Below, piece by piece: positions 55,901 through 64,000 of a stretch of 64,000 bases of DNA. A model generated the notes under the pieces. The model worked only from the letters and a program-made list of their open reading frames with translations, was not told where the DNA came from and searched no databases. This DNA is from a virus. The position numbers and the translations under genes were made by a program. Within the stretch, counting starts at the first letter, position 1; each line of letters starts with the position of its first letter. The DNA is taken from the IMG/VR virus record IMGVR_UViG_3300020473_000015; one strand, 5' to 3'.

Positions 55901-58900
55901 TGGTAAAAAGCAATTACCAGAAATGATAAATAGCTCAGATATGGTCAATATATTAACAGACGACGACAGGTTCTTTAATAAAGTTGACTTATTGAGGCCC
56001 ACAAATTATTACACTTCAATTGAAAAGAGTATGTATCAAACTATCTCTGATGAGATGGTGAAGATGTTCTCATCTATTAAAGATTTCAATAATCTTGTCG
56101 GAGAACCTGTTAATAAATATCGCCATGAATATAAAGATATGGAAAAGCTTCGCCAATTGTTTTATGAAAGAGTTGGTAATACTCCAGATTTAGATAAATA
56201 TGTTGATTTTTACAAGTGGGTTGACATAACATTAGATACACTTTTGGGTTATTTAGTGCCAGCATCTTCTGATATGGGAGATAGATATGGTTCAAATATT
56301 CGTACAATGGTGGAAAACACAGTACTTCACAGAAATAAATATAAGTGGCAATATCCAACTTTTGAAGACAAAACACCAGATATTGAAGGAAATATTCTTG
56401 GAATCAACGAGCTTCTTTATAATTGGGAATTTGGCTTTCATCCATTAAATTCTGAGGACAATAAATGTTTGTGGTGGAAAGAGCGCGCCGAACGAGGCGA
56501 TGCCCTAACTAGTGGTGACACAAATGTCGACAGCAACAAGCAAACAATGCTCGATTCTATTATCAATGAAACAAATGCGACTGCTCCAACGTTGGGCTCT
56601 AGAGACACCTCTACAGGCGCAATTAGCACTTATCAAGGCTCTACATACGTTACTAGAAGATTAGCAAAGCCGCTAAGATTAAAAGTAGACGAATCACCAG
56701 TATATAAACAAAGCCCAAGTATGTATTCGAATAAGAATCCTGGCTTTTTTGATGCTATTAATAAGTTTAAAGAAGGGGATGAATACGGAATTGTACAAGT
56801 AAACAGCGAAGACGTGGAGAGCTTCAAGGATTGTAATGACGACCTTGCACTAAACAATGGAAAGAGAAAATACACATTTGCAGCAAAAAGTAAAATTGGT
56901 GGTGGTACGTTCTCAGATAGTGACAACTACAAGGGCCAAAAAATATTACCATTTAATTTATATAGTGGATCATTTACTGGTGGTGTGAAAGACACAATAA
57001 GTGATGGCTTTATGGAAGGTGCAGATATTACGAATCTCCATATGGACATATATGGCCCAGATTATGAAGTGCCAGTACAGGGCGCATTTACAGAGAAATT
57101 TGTTGGTGGGCGCCCCCATAGGCACATATTCAGTAATCTTAGGCCCAACAATTCATCACCAGATGGAATTGATGATCGACCAGAAGGTTGGAAATTGATT
57201 TTATCTTCCAGTATTTTAAAACTTGTAAATTCTGATTCTGGTAGCGCTAACACTCCGAAATCTCCATATTTTAGAGAAGAATATGCAAAACGCCCTGTAA
57301 ATATTAAAAATATTAAGATGACAACCGGCTCATCAGCTGATGTTGCAGGTCGACCCGATATTGTTTTAAACACAACCAATATAGGAAATTATACGGACAA
57401 TTATGAAGTTGTTATGACCAATGGCCGATCTATAAACAATAGATATCTTGCAGAAGCTCCGGATGGTCTTCCAACAACATATACTGATTCTACTGCAGTT
57501 TCTGGTGTTGTTGACTTCGCTATGCCACGAAGAGATTTAACAGGAAGTTCAAAGTCGATTATAGTTAACCGTTTTTCTGCCCCTGGAGATCCTGCAACAA
57601 TGGGTCAAGGAATGCTTGATCCCGCCGCAGGTGAATACAGTGTATATAATTCCTTGATATGGAGAAACCTAAGTGTGAGAATGCCACTAGATGAGTGGTA
57701 TACCAATCATGCAAATCAATTTGGCTTTTATAGTGACACACAAGTGTCTTCAGCATATGTTCTGGCTGGCGAAACTTATCCTGGTGGAAATAGTACAGTT
57801 TCTTCTGCTGACTATAGCGGAACAGGGTCATTTCACAAAGTTAATAGAAATCCGAAAAAAGTAAAGAAATATTCTTCTGCCACTAGTACAAGCAGTTTCG
57901 CTGATGATACTGTTTATGATAACTGGTTTGTACAACATCCAATCCCAAGAACAGACTTGCAGTATGCATGGATCACCGCGAGCGTTATTAACGGCTATAG
58001 TGGCGCCGCCCTATATGATTATGAGCAACCAGACTTTAGCAATGCAAGCCTAGCTTCTACAGACATTACATTTTGTAGCGCAAGTGATGTAGTTTCTATT
58101 GCTGAAACTGGCTCCAGCATATATCGTTATTTTGGTCAAGATAAGAATTCTAATTTTCCACTATCTGATCAGTCTCCATATACGGGCACTATATTTACTG
58201 ATTTTGTCGGCTTAAATACCATTGTGTATGAGCCCATCACGTCATCTGAAAATAACCTAGGTTGGCCTCATAATAGTTGGGATGGTGCCAACTCAACTTA
58301 CATAAACCCAAACACTCCCAAGTCTGCAAGCTCCGGCCTAGGTCAGTATGTTCCAAGGGCTGCGAGCAATGCCGCAGTTTTAAACAGCATTATCCTAAAT
58401 CGTCAAGGCCCTTACGGCTGGCCATCATGGAAACAAATTAGAGGCGCTCAACATCCTGTAATGCGCTATAATTACAAAAATAATTTACAAACGTTTAAGA
58501 AATTAGGAACTATTGTTGAGAACAATGGCGCTATAGCAGCATCTTGGACAACTATATCTCAAAGTGAGCCGCCAATCACTTCGAAGTTCTGGCCACTTAA
58601 ATATAATTTTGATTACAAGACTTCGCTGGGTAATGTCGGCACAACTAATATGTGGACTTCATATGGCAATGAAAAATCATATTTCACCTCACCACCAGAT
58701 CCGAACATTACAGGCCTCACTAATTTGAATAATTCGAATTTAGTATGGTCGAAAGCTGGCCAAGTTGGAGAAACTTTGCAAGATGCTGATAATCAAATAT
58801 TGGCATATGATACCATGAAAAAATATTTATTGTGGAACACTCCAGAATATATCAATGGAAGTGCAAACCCGATAGAAACATTTCACAAATTAGAGATAGT

Positions 58901-61900
58901 CGAAACGGTTTTCCCAAGAGAGCACTACACTTATAGAGCGATTGTGCGACAACGTGAAAACTTTTCTAATAATTTCTGGAGAGATTCACGTTCAGAAAGA
59001 AATACGACTACAATCAACTCTCAGGGTTTCGAAGCAACAGCTTCAGGCAAGGATCCAGCTAGCATGTGGAGCTTAGATAGTCGAGCAGATCTTAGCAGTA
59101 CTAGTGCTGTTCCTGTAGGCTCGGGATCAGAAGGAGAGCTTCAGAATTCTTATAGTATTTTTTATAGCGGAAGCGATAAAAGCACTGTTCGAGCCGCTGC
59201 CACATATAACAGAAGAATACAAGAAAAAATAGATGGAGTTACATACTTTCTGGGCGACACACAATGGGAGGCTGGCGAACAGTCTGGTTATAACCCTTCT
59301 TATGACACTTATTCAGAATTTGTTCAAGATGTTCGAACCTTGGGTAAAGATTATGGTATAGTTCCGGAATATAGATTGAGCGAGCACATGGAATACCATG
59401 TTGTTGACAAGGCTTCTGATGGCGGCTTTTTTGCAAAAAATCCAAGCTGGCTGTCTCTTGCTGGCGCGACAATTTCAAGCAGTAATGATCCGGATCATGA
59501 CAATATATATGGAGAGGGCTCATTTTATACGGTATATGCGAACAGTGATTTCATGAAATATTTTGAGCCAATTAACACAGACTTTAATGCTGTTGGTATG
59601 CCAACCCGACTTAAGCTTAAATGCAGTGCAATTACTAAATTTCTTCCATATGATGGGTTTTACCCTTCAGAGAGAACGGTGCAATTGGCAGAAATATTTA
59701 GTCAATCTTTTGGCCCAAATGCGACATTAATGGGAACAGACGCAAACTGGAAAACTCTTCTTACTCCATTTTTTGCTCCTGGTATAATGTACAATTCAAT
59801 CAAATCTGGTATAGCTGTTGATTATCCAGTTTTTGATGAACCCCCGTCTAGCGTTTCTAGGGTAATTTTATCTGATTTTGATAAGCGTATTCCATTTGAG
59901 GCGATAGTTGATCCTGATTATTGGTTGTCTGGTTTAGGAACAATACACGATACAGAGCCCGATTCGAACCATGGTGCAATAGTTAGTAGTGGAAGTTTCG
60001 GAGCTTCCTCAAATAACCTTTTTAAATATGCGATTAACAACTTCATGGCTGAAGCGCCCCGCTTTTTCTTAGGCGGTACGGACGGTTATAATGGTAATCC
60101 ATATGGACCACTAACCACTTTTGCTTCAAAGCCGACACAAGAAGGAACGGTCGAAGGGGTCGAAATGGATCCTCTAGGCGGCAAAGCAGAAGGAAATTTC
60201 ATTTACTTCGAAGCAAATAAGTCTTATAAAATGAGGATAGTTTGCAGACATTCAAAAATAAACACTTTAGAGGCCATTAATAAAAATCCTGACTATCTAG
60301 ACGGCACTGCTTCATATATATGGAACGAGCCAACTATTATGATGTATAACAGAGCGTTTAACCGCTCAGATACATCAGAATATGCGGATTTATACTATGA
60401 TCTTAATAGTGGAGATCCTGAATCAGCAATTGGCATGCACCACGCACCTATTTATGGGTCGTCTTTTGGTCCACCGGTTTCGCAAGTCACCAGCTCTACT
60501 GATGGAAGTCAGACGGCTGGAGGATTTGAACCATATACTCCACCATATTATAATGGTTATAGCCATATAGAAATAACATATACACCAGAATATGCAGGCT
60601 ACAAAACAATATCTGACGTCTTATCAGATGTTTCAGCCTCATACCACAGGGTGACTTTGCAAAGTGGTTCTAACGCTTCAAGGGCCCGTGACCAAGCAAT
60701 GCACCTCTCTTCATCAGTTAATTGGAGACAAGTAGTAACAGAAGGGGGCAAAACTAGGTGGGTTATTCAACCAAAATGGGAGTCTCCAATATTGGACTTT
60801 AAAGAAAGTTCAATTACATTGCCAACAGTTGGTTCTGGTTCTGTAGCTAAGGGGATGTGGCATCAATACGGCTCATTGCCTCGTGCTGGCGCAGGAGTGT
60901 TTCTTGAAATACAATCACCTTCAAACACCGAAATTGGAGATAGCGTTGGAGATCTCGCTGATAAACTAGGTTTCAGCACAAATACGTCGAAACAATTAGG
61001 CCAAATTCCATCTAGTGGAAAAACTGTGAAGGAAGCAGTTGTTGCTATTCCATTTTATAAAAATTTCTGGGGCCAGAGAACGTTCTTTCATTTGAATAGA
61101 AAAACCATTAACTGGGCAATTGCAAAAATGGGCGGTGGTTATACAACAGATGAAGACTACATGTCAGCGAATAGTTTAAATGATTATGATTGGGTGTATA
61201 AACCATCCGGAACGGTTGTTGATATGGTCAAATCAATGTATAAATATTCTCTTCCTCCAAGCATTAATTTCTTGTTGCAGAAAGATAAGGCGCCATTTTC
61301 CATGGTCTTCTTTGAGTTTGATCACCATTTCACACAAGATGATCTGGTAAAAATGTGGCAGGGTATATTACCATCAGAAGATAGAAAAGATGCTGCTAGT
61401 GGCGTGCAGCACGCAGTTTCTGAAATTGAATTTGATATGAACTTATTATCCGGTCGCGAAGCTCTATATAGTGAGAACCCCGATCCAAGTACTTATAAGG
61501 GGTGGGACTTATTAAATGCCGTACCTGGAAATAAAACTGGAGATTTAGGATTTCCAACAGACATTCAATGGATGGTTTTTAAAGTTAAACAAAAAGCGGC
61601 ATCGCACTACTATAGCTTAACTGCAGATAGAATGGATGATTATGGAAGCCCAACATTGAATTATTTATTAGACCCAACTCCTTTGTCATTCCTTCCACAA
61701 TTTAAGTTTTGGGAAACTGGCGCCATGAGTTTATTGTCTACAGTTGAAAAAGCAGAAAATATTTATCGATATAATTGGCCTTACGATTTCTTCTCTCTAG
61801 TTGAGTTGGCAAAAATTGATAAAACAATTGTTATGGAACAAAGAAAAGAAATTCCTGACACTTTCCCAAATATAGGAAGTTTAGTTGATCTACTTCCAGA

Positions 61901-62288
61901 TTTGAATATGAATTTTATACCATTTTTTGATAGTGTAACGTCAGTTGATCCAAATATTTTAAGAGGGCCATATCCTACTGAAGATTTTATGGATGGATCA
62001 GGTTTACCGGGATGGACTAAATTTCCTGAATGGGTACCCGATATCAGCCCTGTAGATTTAGGTCGAAACCCTGAACGTACACAGGCAGAAAGAAATAGGC
62101 AAAATCGAGAAAACACTTTTGATCAAAACATACTGCAATCGTTTTCAGCTACTCAATTTGTGAGTTTACAGGCTCAAAATATAGCAAATAGTGCTTTACA
62201 GCCAAATTATCTACAAGGCACAATAGATAAGAGCATTGATATCAATACTGCTAAAGGCACACAAAAAAAAGATAAGCCTAATTATTAA
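52911..62288 (+). CDS. giant virion protein (3125 aa) with LamG/ConA-like domain and baseplate wedge (gp7-like) segment
   Basis: TVEFWMK, DGNWHHYAIT, LYFDG and GSLDEFRFW (LamG-like). KTKGTEKSFRNLIHCFG resembles the wedge/tail-I motif. Confidence 0.8.
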   Translation: MPIDYKKLYQSHDIILTNANPDNLVENGTLESVDYLRNYFKSRERYKPPVDFSKLKNFARFGSAKKYYVDAFDRIAETYPYDGSLKERIDWELSSSYFDLYVFDQVYPRSNGYVTISAEGWGTQAASSDHYGATATSSYEYIFIKGGPHGSQRSKDKDITDITGDYKSGYANIWEPAKNRESNLKIGGIDGNTVEFWMKKSEFVTSKTGREVIFDAATSDYDYTSSNYGRLRVELTGTTSDCPIAVTWLSGTTGPNLSGFQGSTVTTSSIADGNWHHYAITLENSGTSAVMKLYFDGVCNGERTLPNSAIGDVNGNINATIGSLITNPSGTTQPTKGWGKLSGSLDEFRFWKDTRTSPEVLRYMIEPVGGGTNTDDANTSLGVYYKFNEGITSVNSTDQTVLDYSGRISNGTFVGYNSSARNVGSAMVSSGLVDTEFKDPILYTTHPDVESILETKKKEGEIHDFGNNAAIYHSLPAWITEEDEDKQYSPLKNLTQIVGSYFDSLAEQINSIPQLKHKTYLSSSHKPAPFNDRLLNSIGFDYFPELFSDATELEYFRSRNDRSLFEKKLYDVKNRIYQNIYNNIIYINKTKGTEKSFRNLIHCFGLGDEIYRINTYGNRVTYTLKDNYKSIAEFKKYVNFGLTGSSEATVFPHSASSNSNSKAIISASYGTTDYLGFTMESEVHFPIRHSLADSNTVATTDEGPSRQFRTYIPFTTASLFGMHQVGDSATGNNLTWASTDQANFQVFAVKASDYSQRAQFVLTGTSDSVIGALNLTSSYIDDVFDDTRWTFSVSVKPNSNTTADLAVGSSASFATMGYTVEFYGVEKIVDYVKNEFHVSGTITADQGSKFLNYPKAPYIGAHRTNFSGTLLKKADGNISSTRVWYSHLPTGTIKQHHQDVKNFGVDHPYRSTYLYPTQLDGIKIPTIDTLVLNWTFDTVTGSDSSGEFIGEDYSSGSAEKVSKYGEFGELVGKQYLPKGFNFPASSALPINKKFISSGKKQLPEMINSSDMVNILTDDDRFFNKVDLLRPTNYYTSIEKSMYQTISDEMVKMFSSIKDFNNLVGEPVNKYRHEYKDMEKLRQLFYERVGNTPDLDKYVDFYKWVDITLDTLLGYLVPASSDMGDRYGSNIRTMVENTVLHRNKYKWQYPTFEDKTPDIEGNILGINELLYNWEFGFHPLNSEDNKCLWWKERAERGDALTSGDTNVDSNKQTMLDSIINETNATAPTLGSRDTSTGAISTYQGSTYVTRRLAKPLRLKVDESPVYKQSPSMYSNKNPGFFDAINKFKEGDEYGIVQVNSEDVESFKDCNDDLALNNGKRKYTFAAKSKIGGGTFSDSDNYKGQKILPFNLYSGSFTGGVKDTISDGFMEGADITNLHMDIYGPDYEVPVQGAFTEKFVGGRPHRHIFSNLRPNNSSPDGIDDRPEGWKLILSSSILKLVNSDSGSANTPKSPYFREEYAKRPVNIKNIKMTTGSSADVAGRPDIVLNTTNIGNYTDNYEVVMTNGRSINNRYLAEAPDGLPTTYTDSTAVSGVVDFAMPRRDLTGSSKSIIVNRFSAPGDPATMGQGMLDPAAGEYSVYNSLIWRNLSVRMPLDEWYTNHANQFGFYSDTQVSSAYVLAGETYPGGNSTVSSADYSGTGSFHKVNRNPKKVKKYSSATSTSSFADDTVYDNWFVQHPIPRTDLQYAWITASVINGYSGAALYDYEQPDFSNASLASTDITFCSASDVVSIAETGSSIYRYFGQDKNSNFPLSDQSPYTGTIFTDFVGLNTIVYEPITSSENNLGWPHNSWDGANSTYINPNTPKSASSGLGQYVPRAASNAAVLNSIILNRQGPYGWPSWKQIRGAQHPVMRYNYKNNLQTFKKLGTIVENNGAIAASWTTISQSEPPITSKFWPLKYNFDYKTSLGNVGTTNMWTSYGNEKSYFTSPPDPNITGLTNLNNSNLVWSKAGQVGETLQDADNQILAYDTMKKYLLWNTPEYINGSANPIETFHKLEIVETVFPREHYTYRAIVRQRENFSNNFWRDSRSERNTTTINSQGFEATASGKDPASMWSLDSRADLSSTSAVPVGSGSEGELQNSYSIFYSGSDKSTVRAAATYNRRIQEKIDGVTYFLGDTQWEAGEQSGYNPSYDTYSEFVQDVRTLGKDYGIVPEYRLSEHMEYHVVDKASDGGFFAKNPSWLSLAGATISSSNDPDHDNIYGEGSFYTVYANSDFMKYFEPINTDFNAVGMPTRLKLKCSAITKFLPYDGFYPSERTVQLAEIFSQSFGPNATLMGTDANWKTLLTPFFAPGIMYNSIKSGIAVDYPVFDEPPSSVSRVILSDFDKRIPFEAIVDPDYWLSGLGTIHDTEPDSNHGAIVSSGSFGASSNNLFKYAINNFMAEAPRFFLGGTDGYNGNPYGPLTTFASKPTQEGTVEGVEMDPLGGKAEGNFIYFEANKSYKMRIVCRHSKINTLEAINKNPDYLDGTASYIWNEPTIMMYNRAFNRSDTSEYADLYYDLNSGDPESAIGMHHAPIYGSSFGPPVSQVTSSTDGSQTAGGFEPYTPPYYNGYSHIEITYTPEYAGYKTISDVLSDVSASYHRVTLQSGSNASRARDQAMHLSSSVNWRQVVTEGGKTRWVIQPKWESPILDFKESSITLPTVGSGSVAKGMWHQYGSLPRAGAGVFLEIQSPSNTEIGDSVGDLADKLGFSTNTSKQLGQIPSSGKTVKEAVVAIPFYKNFWGQRTFFHLNRKTINWAIAKMGGGYTTDEDYMSANSLNDYDWVYKPSGTVVDMVKSMYKYSLPPSINFLLQKDKAPFSMVFFEFDHHFTQDDLVKMWQGILPSEDRKDAASGVQHAVSEIEFDMNLLSGREALYSENPDPSTYKGWDLLNAVPGNKTGDLGFPTDIQWMVFKVKQKAASHYYSLTADRMDDYGSPTLNYLLDPTPLSFLPQFKFWETGAMSLLSTVEKAENIYRYNWPYDFFSLVELAKIDKTIVMEQRKEIPDTFPNIGSLVDLLPDLNMNFIPFFDSVTSVDPNILRGPYPTEDFMDGSGLPGWTKFPEWVPDISPVDLGRNPERTQAERNRQNRENTFDQNILQSFSATQFVSLQAQNIANSALQPNYLQGTIDKSIDINTAKGTQKKDKPNY

Positions 62289-62301
62289 GAAGGATATTTA
62301 G

Positions 62302-63363
62302 ATGACATTTGCAAACCAAAAAGAAGAAACACTTAATTTAGAACTCACATCTTATGGTAGGTATCTATTATCTCTTGGGAAGTTTAAGCCACATCAATAT
62401 GCCTTCTTTGACGATGATATTATATATGATAGGCAGTTTGTTGGCACCGGCTCATCAGATAAACCAACGGAATTACAAAACGACATTGAGGGTAGAATAC
62501 AAGAAGAAACCCCCAGGCTTAAGCCACAGAGCATATATAGGGGCGCTGAAGTTGGAGTGTTTTCTGAAAATGCAGCCCACGTAAATAATTTGATGCCCGG
62601 TGTTGTAGCTGCGTCGGAGAAAAAGTCAGCCGACTTTTTATTGGAGACTGCAGACTCTTCTTATATATATTCTGAGCCTCTTGGCAACTCTGCCTTTAAT
62701 TCAAATAATGTAGCAGCTTGGGACATAGCTTTTTATAAGAATTATTTGAATAGCGCAACGATGGCATGGACAGGCTCAAATGATGTTATACCCACGACTT
62801 TCATTCCGCAGTTAAATTCAAACATACAATATGAAGCACACTTTTATCCACCTGATCCAGATTACAAGTGGGAAGATGAGCCACCGCAATATTTATATGA
62901 TTTTGCAGACGAAAATGTGGCTGGAAATTTAGAAATTTATGATAATTTGAATATTCCATATAAGTTAGATGGGAATAGTGGTTATATAACTGTTTTTGAT
63001 GATTACGCTGTATTAAAAGTGGAAGAGGCAAATACAGATTTTGAAAAAGAAAACTTTGAGGTAGAAGTTTTTTTAGTAGAATCTGAAGCTGTTAATAACA
63101 ACCCGGAAGTGCTTTCTAAATTGTATTTTTATGATGGTCTTGGTGATCCAACTAAAAAGCATATTGAATATTTTTTCCAAATAGAGGTTGATTTCGAAAT
63201 CGATGAAGAAGAATTTTGCGACCTTCGCGGAAATAAAGAAAAAGTTAAAAATATTTACACAGATAATATATTTAATTGTTCTGGTGAAGGTACATTAGGT
63301 TTAGGTCAAGCAAATATTTATGGTACTGCGGAAAATCAAGAGATAGGAGATGTGTGTGACTAA
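62302..63363 (+). CDS. acidic virion structural protein
   Basis: 353 aa, LELTSYGRYLLS..YAFFDDDIIYD, in structural context. Confidence 0.7.
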   Translation: MTFANQKEETLNLELTSYGRYLLSLGKFKPHQYAFFDDDIIYDRQFVGTGSSDKPTELQNDIEGRIQEETPRLKPQSIYRGAEVGVFSENAAHVNNLMPGVVAASEKKSADFLLETADSSYIYSEPLGNSAFNSNNVAAWDIAFYKNYLNSATMAWTGSNDVIPTTFIPQLNSNIQYEAHFYPPDPDYKWEDEPPQYLYDFADENVAGNLEIYDNLNIPYKLDGNSGYITVFDDYAVLKVEEANTDFEKENFEVEVFLVESEAVNNNPEVLSKLYFYDGLGDPTKKHIEYFFQIEVDFEIDEEEFCDLRGNKEKVKNIYTDNIFNCSGEGTLGLGQANIYGTAENQEIGDVCD

Positions 63364-64000
63364 TGGCAAACTTTAATTTCAATGGAATAACAGACCCTAT
63401 ATTACCAAGCGTATACATCAATAAGATCACTTTAGATGGTGCCGAAGCAGCGCTTAATAAAATAGCTGCTAACAAAAATTCTGTAATAGATGCACATATT
63501 GCAGAGGAAAACGTTGCGGGTTATGTAGCAAAGGAAGGAGATTATTCTGCTCCAAAATTAATTGTTACATATGATTTGCTTCTAGAAGTTGAAGATATAT
63601 ATGATGATATTATTGAATCATCATTTGTCAGCGATATTTTTAAGCACATCAATTTACATGTTGTAACTCTCAAGGGGACAAGAGGCAAACAAGCGTATAG
63701 ACATCTCTTAAAGACTGATACCGGTAAATTTAGCGAAAAGTTAACCATAAGTCGCTTGATTCATGGCGCTCCAGGTTTTCTGGGATTAAAGAACACTGGC
63801 ATATGGCCAACAATCGGCGCTGGCACAAAGTTGATTTCAGACACAGACTTTAAATATAGTAAAAAAACCTTAGACAATATTATTGAAAACCAGCATATAC
63901 CAGCCAATAAAGACACTTTGGCGACAAGCCTGCAATATGGGCGAGATTTTATTAAACAGAAATATCAACATATTATGCCAGATGGCAGAACAATTTATAA
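63363..64000 (+). CDS. 3'-partial hypothetical (probably structural) protein
   Basis: ATG overlaps the upstream TAA, and the frame is open to the window end (MANFNFNGITDPILPSVYINKITL...). Absent from the ORF track because it has no stop. Confidence 0.8.
   Translation, partial: MANFNFNGITDPILPSVYINKITLDGAEAALNKIAANKNSVIDAHIAEENVAGYVAKEGDYSAPKLIVTYDLLLEVEDIYDDIIESSFVSDIFKHINLHVVTLKGTRGKQAYRHLLKTDTGKFSEKLTISRLIHGAPGFLGLKNTGIWPTIGAGTKLISDTDFKYSKKTLDNIIENQHIPANKDTLATSLQYGRDFIKQKYQHIMPDGRTIY

Noticed and set aside
439-63748. The many other short ORFs in the track that overlap larger genes
   Set aside because: They have no family motifs and lie within strongly supported genes on another frame or strand. 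They are expected shadows.
1-64000. Stop-codon reassignment as in some jumbo phages
   Set aside because: Genes up to 3125 aa are intact in code 11, and TAA, TAG and TGA all end tightly packed genes.
1-64000. tRNA genes, introns, inteins, homing endonucleases, IS elements, DGR
   Set aside because: The only T-arm motif found belongs to the tmRNA. Conserved enzymes show no large insertions, and no transposase or reverse-transcriptase motifs were recognised by eye.

Overview
AT-rich 64 kb fragment of a large (jumbo-type) tailed myovirus. It is read in the standard bacterial code, and nearly all genes lie on the + strand. Left to right it contains: (i) a host-like Cys-rich/vWA surface protein and a lipoprotein; (ii) a block of probable late, head-associated proteins sharing amphipathic/LxE motifs, interleaved with enzymes (purA, a DUF7178-like protein, a zincin, and a ligase-fold plus HIGH-type nucleotidyltransferase fusion); (iii) a very AT-rich spacer, a Fis homolog and an intact tmRNA with tag ANDNVEFDYALAA; (iv) auxiliary genes (class II GAPDH, trypsin-like protease, PIN-PhoH, DoxX, histone-like protein, Cas4-like nuclease); (v) a 14.6 kb, 18-gene glycan island (rmlBCD, neuA/neuB, glycosyltransferases, methyltransferases, 2OG oxygenases, DegT, WbqC, Maf/DUF115); (vi) a gp55-like late sigma factor; and (vii) a contractile-tail baseplate module (multi-enzyme hub protein, spike, 2484-aa orphan, gp25, gp6, 3125-aa LamG protein). 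The most intriguing signals are a recurrent ACTATTTAT motif just upstream of start codons, a putative head-cargo targeting/cleavage system, and one ORF that may yield several products through a nested start and an A11 slippage tract. All product calls come from motifs recognised by eye; no database searches were run.
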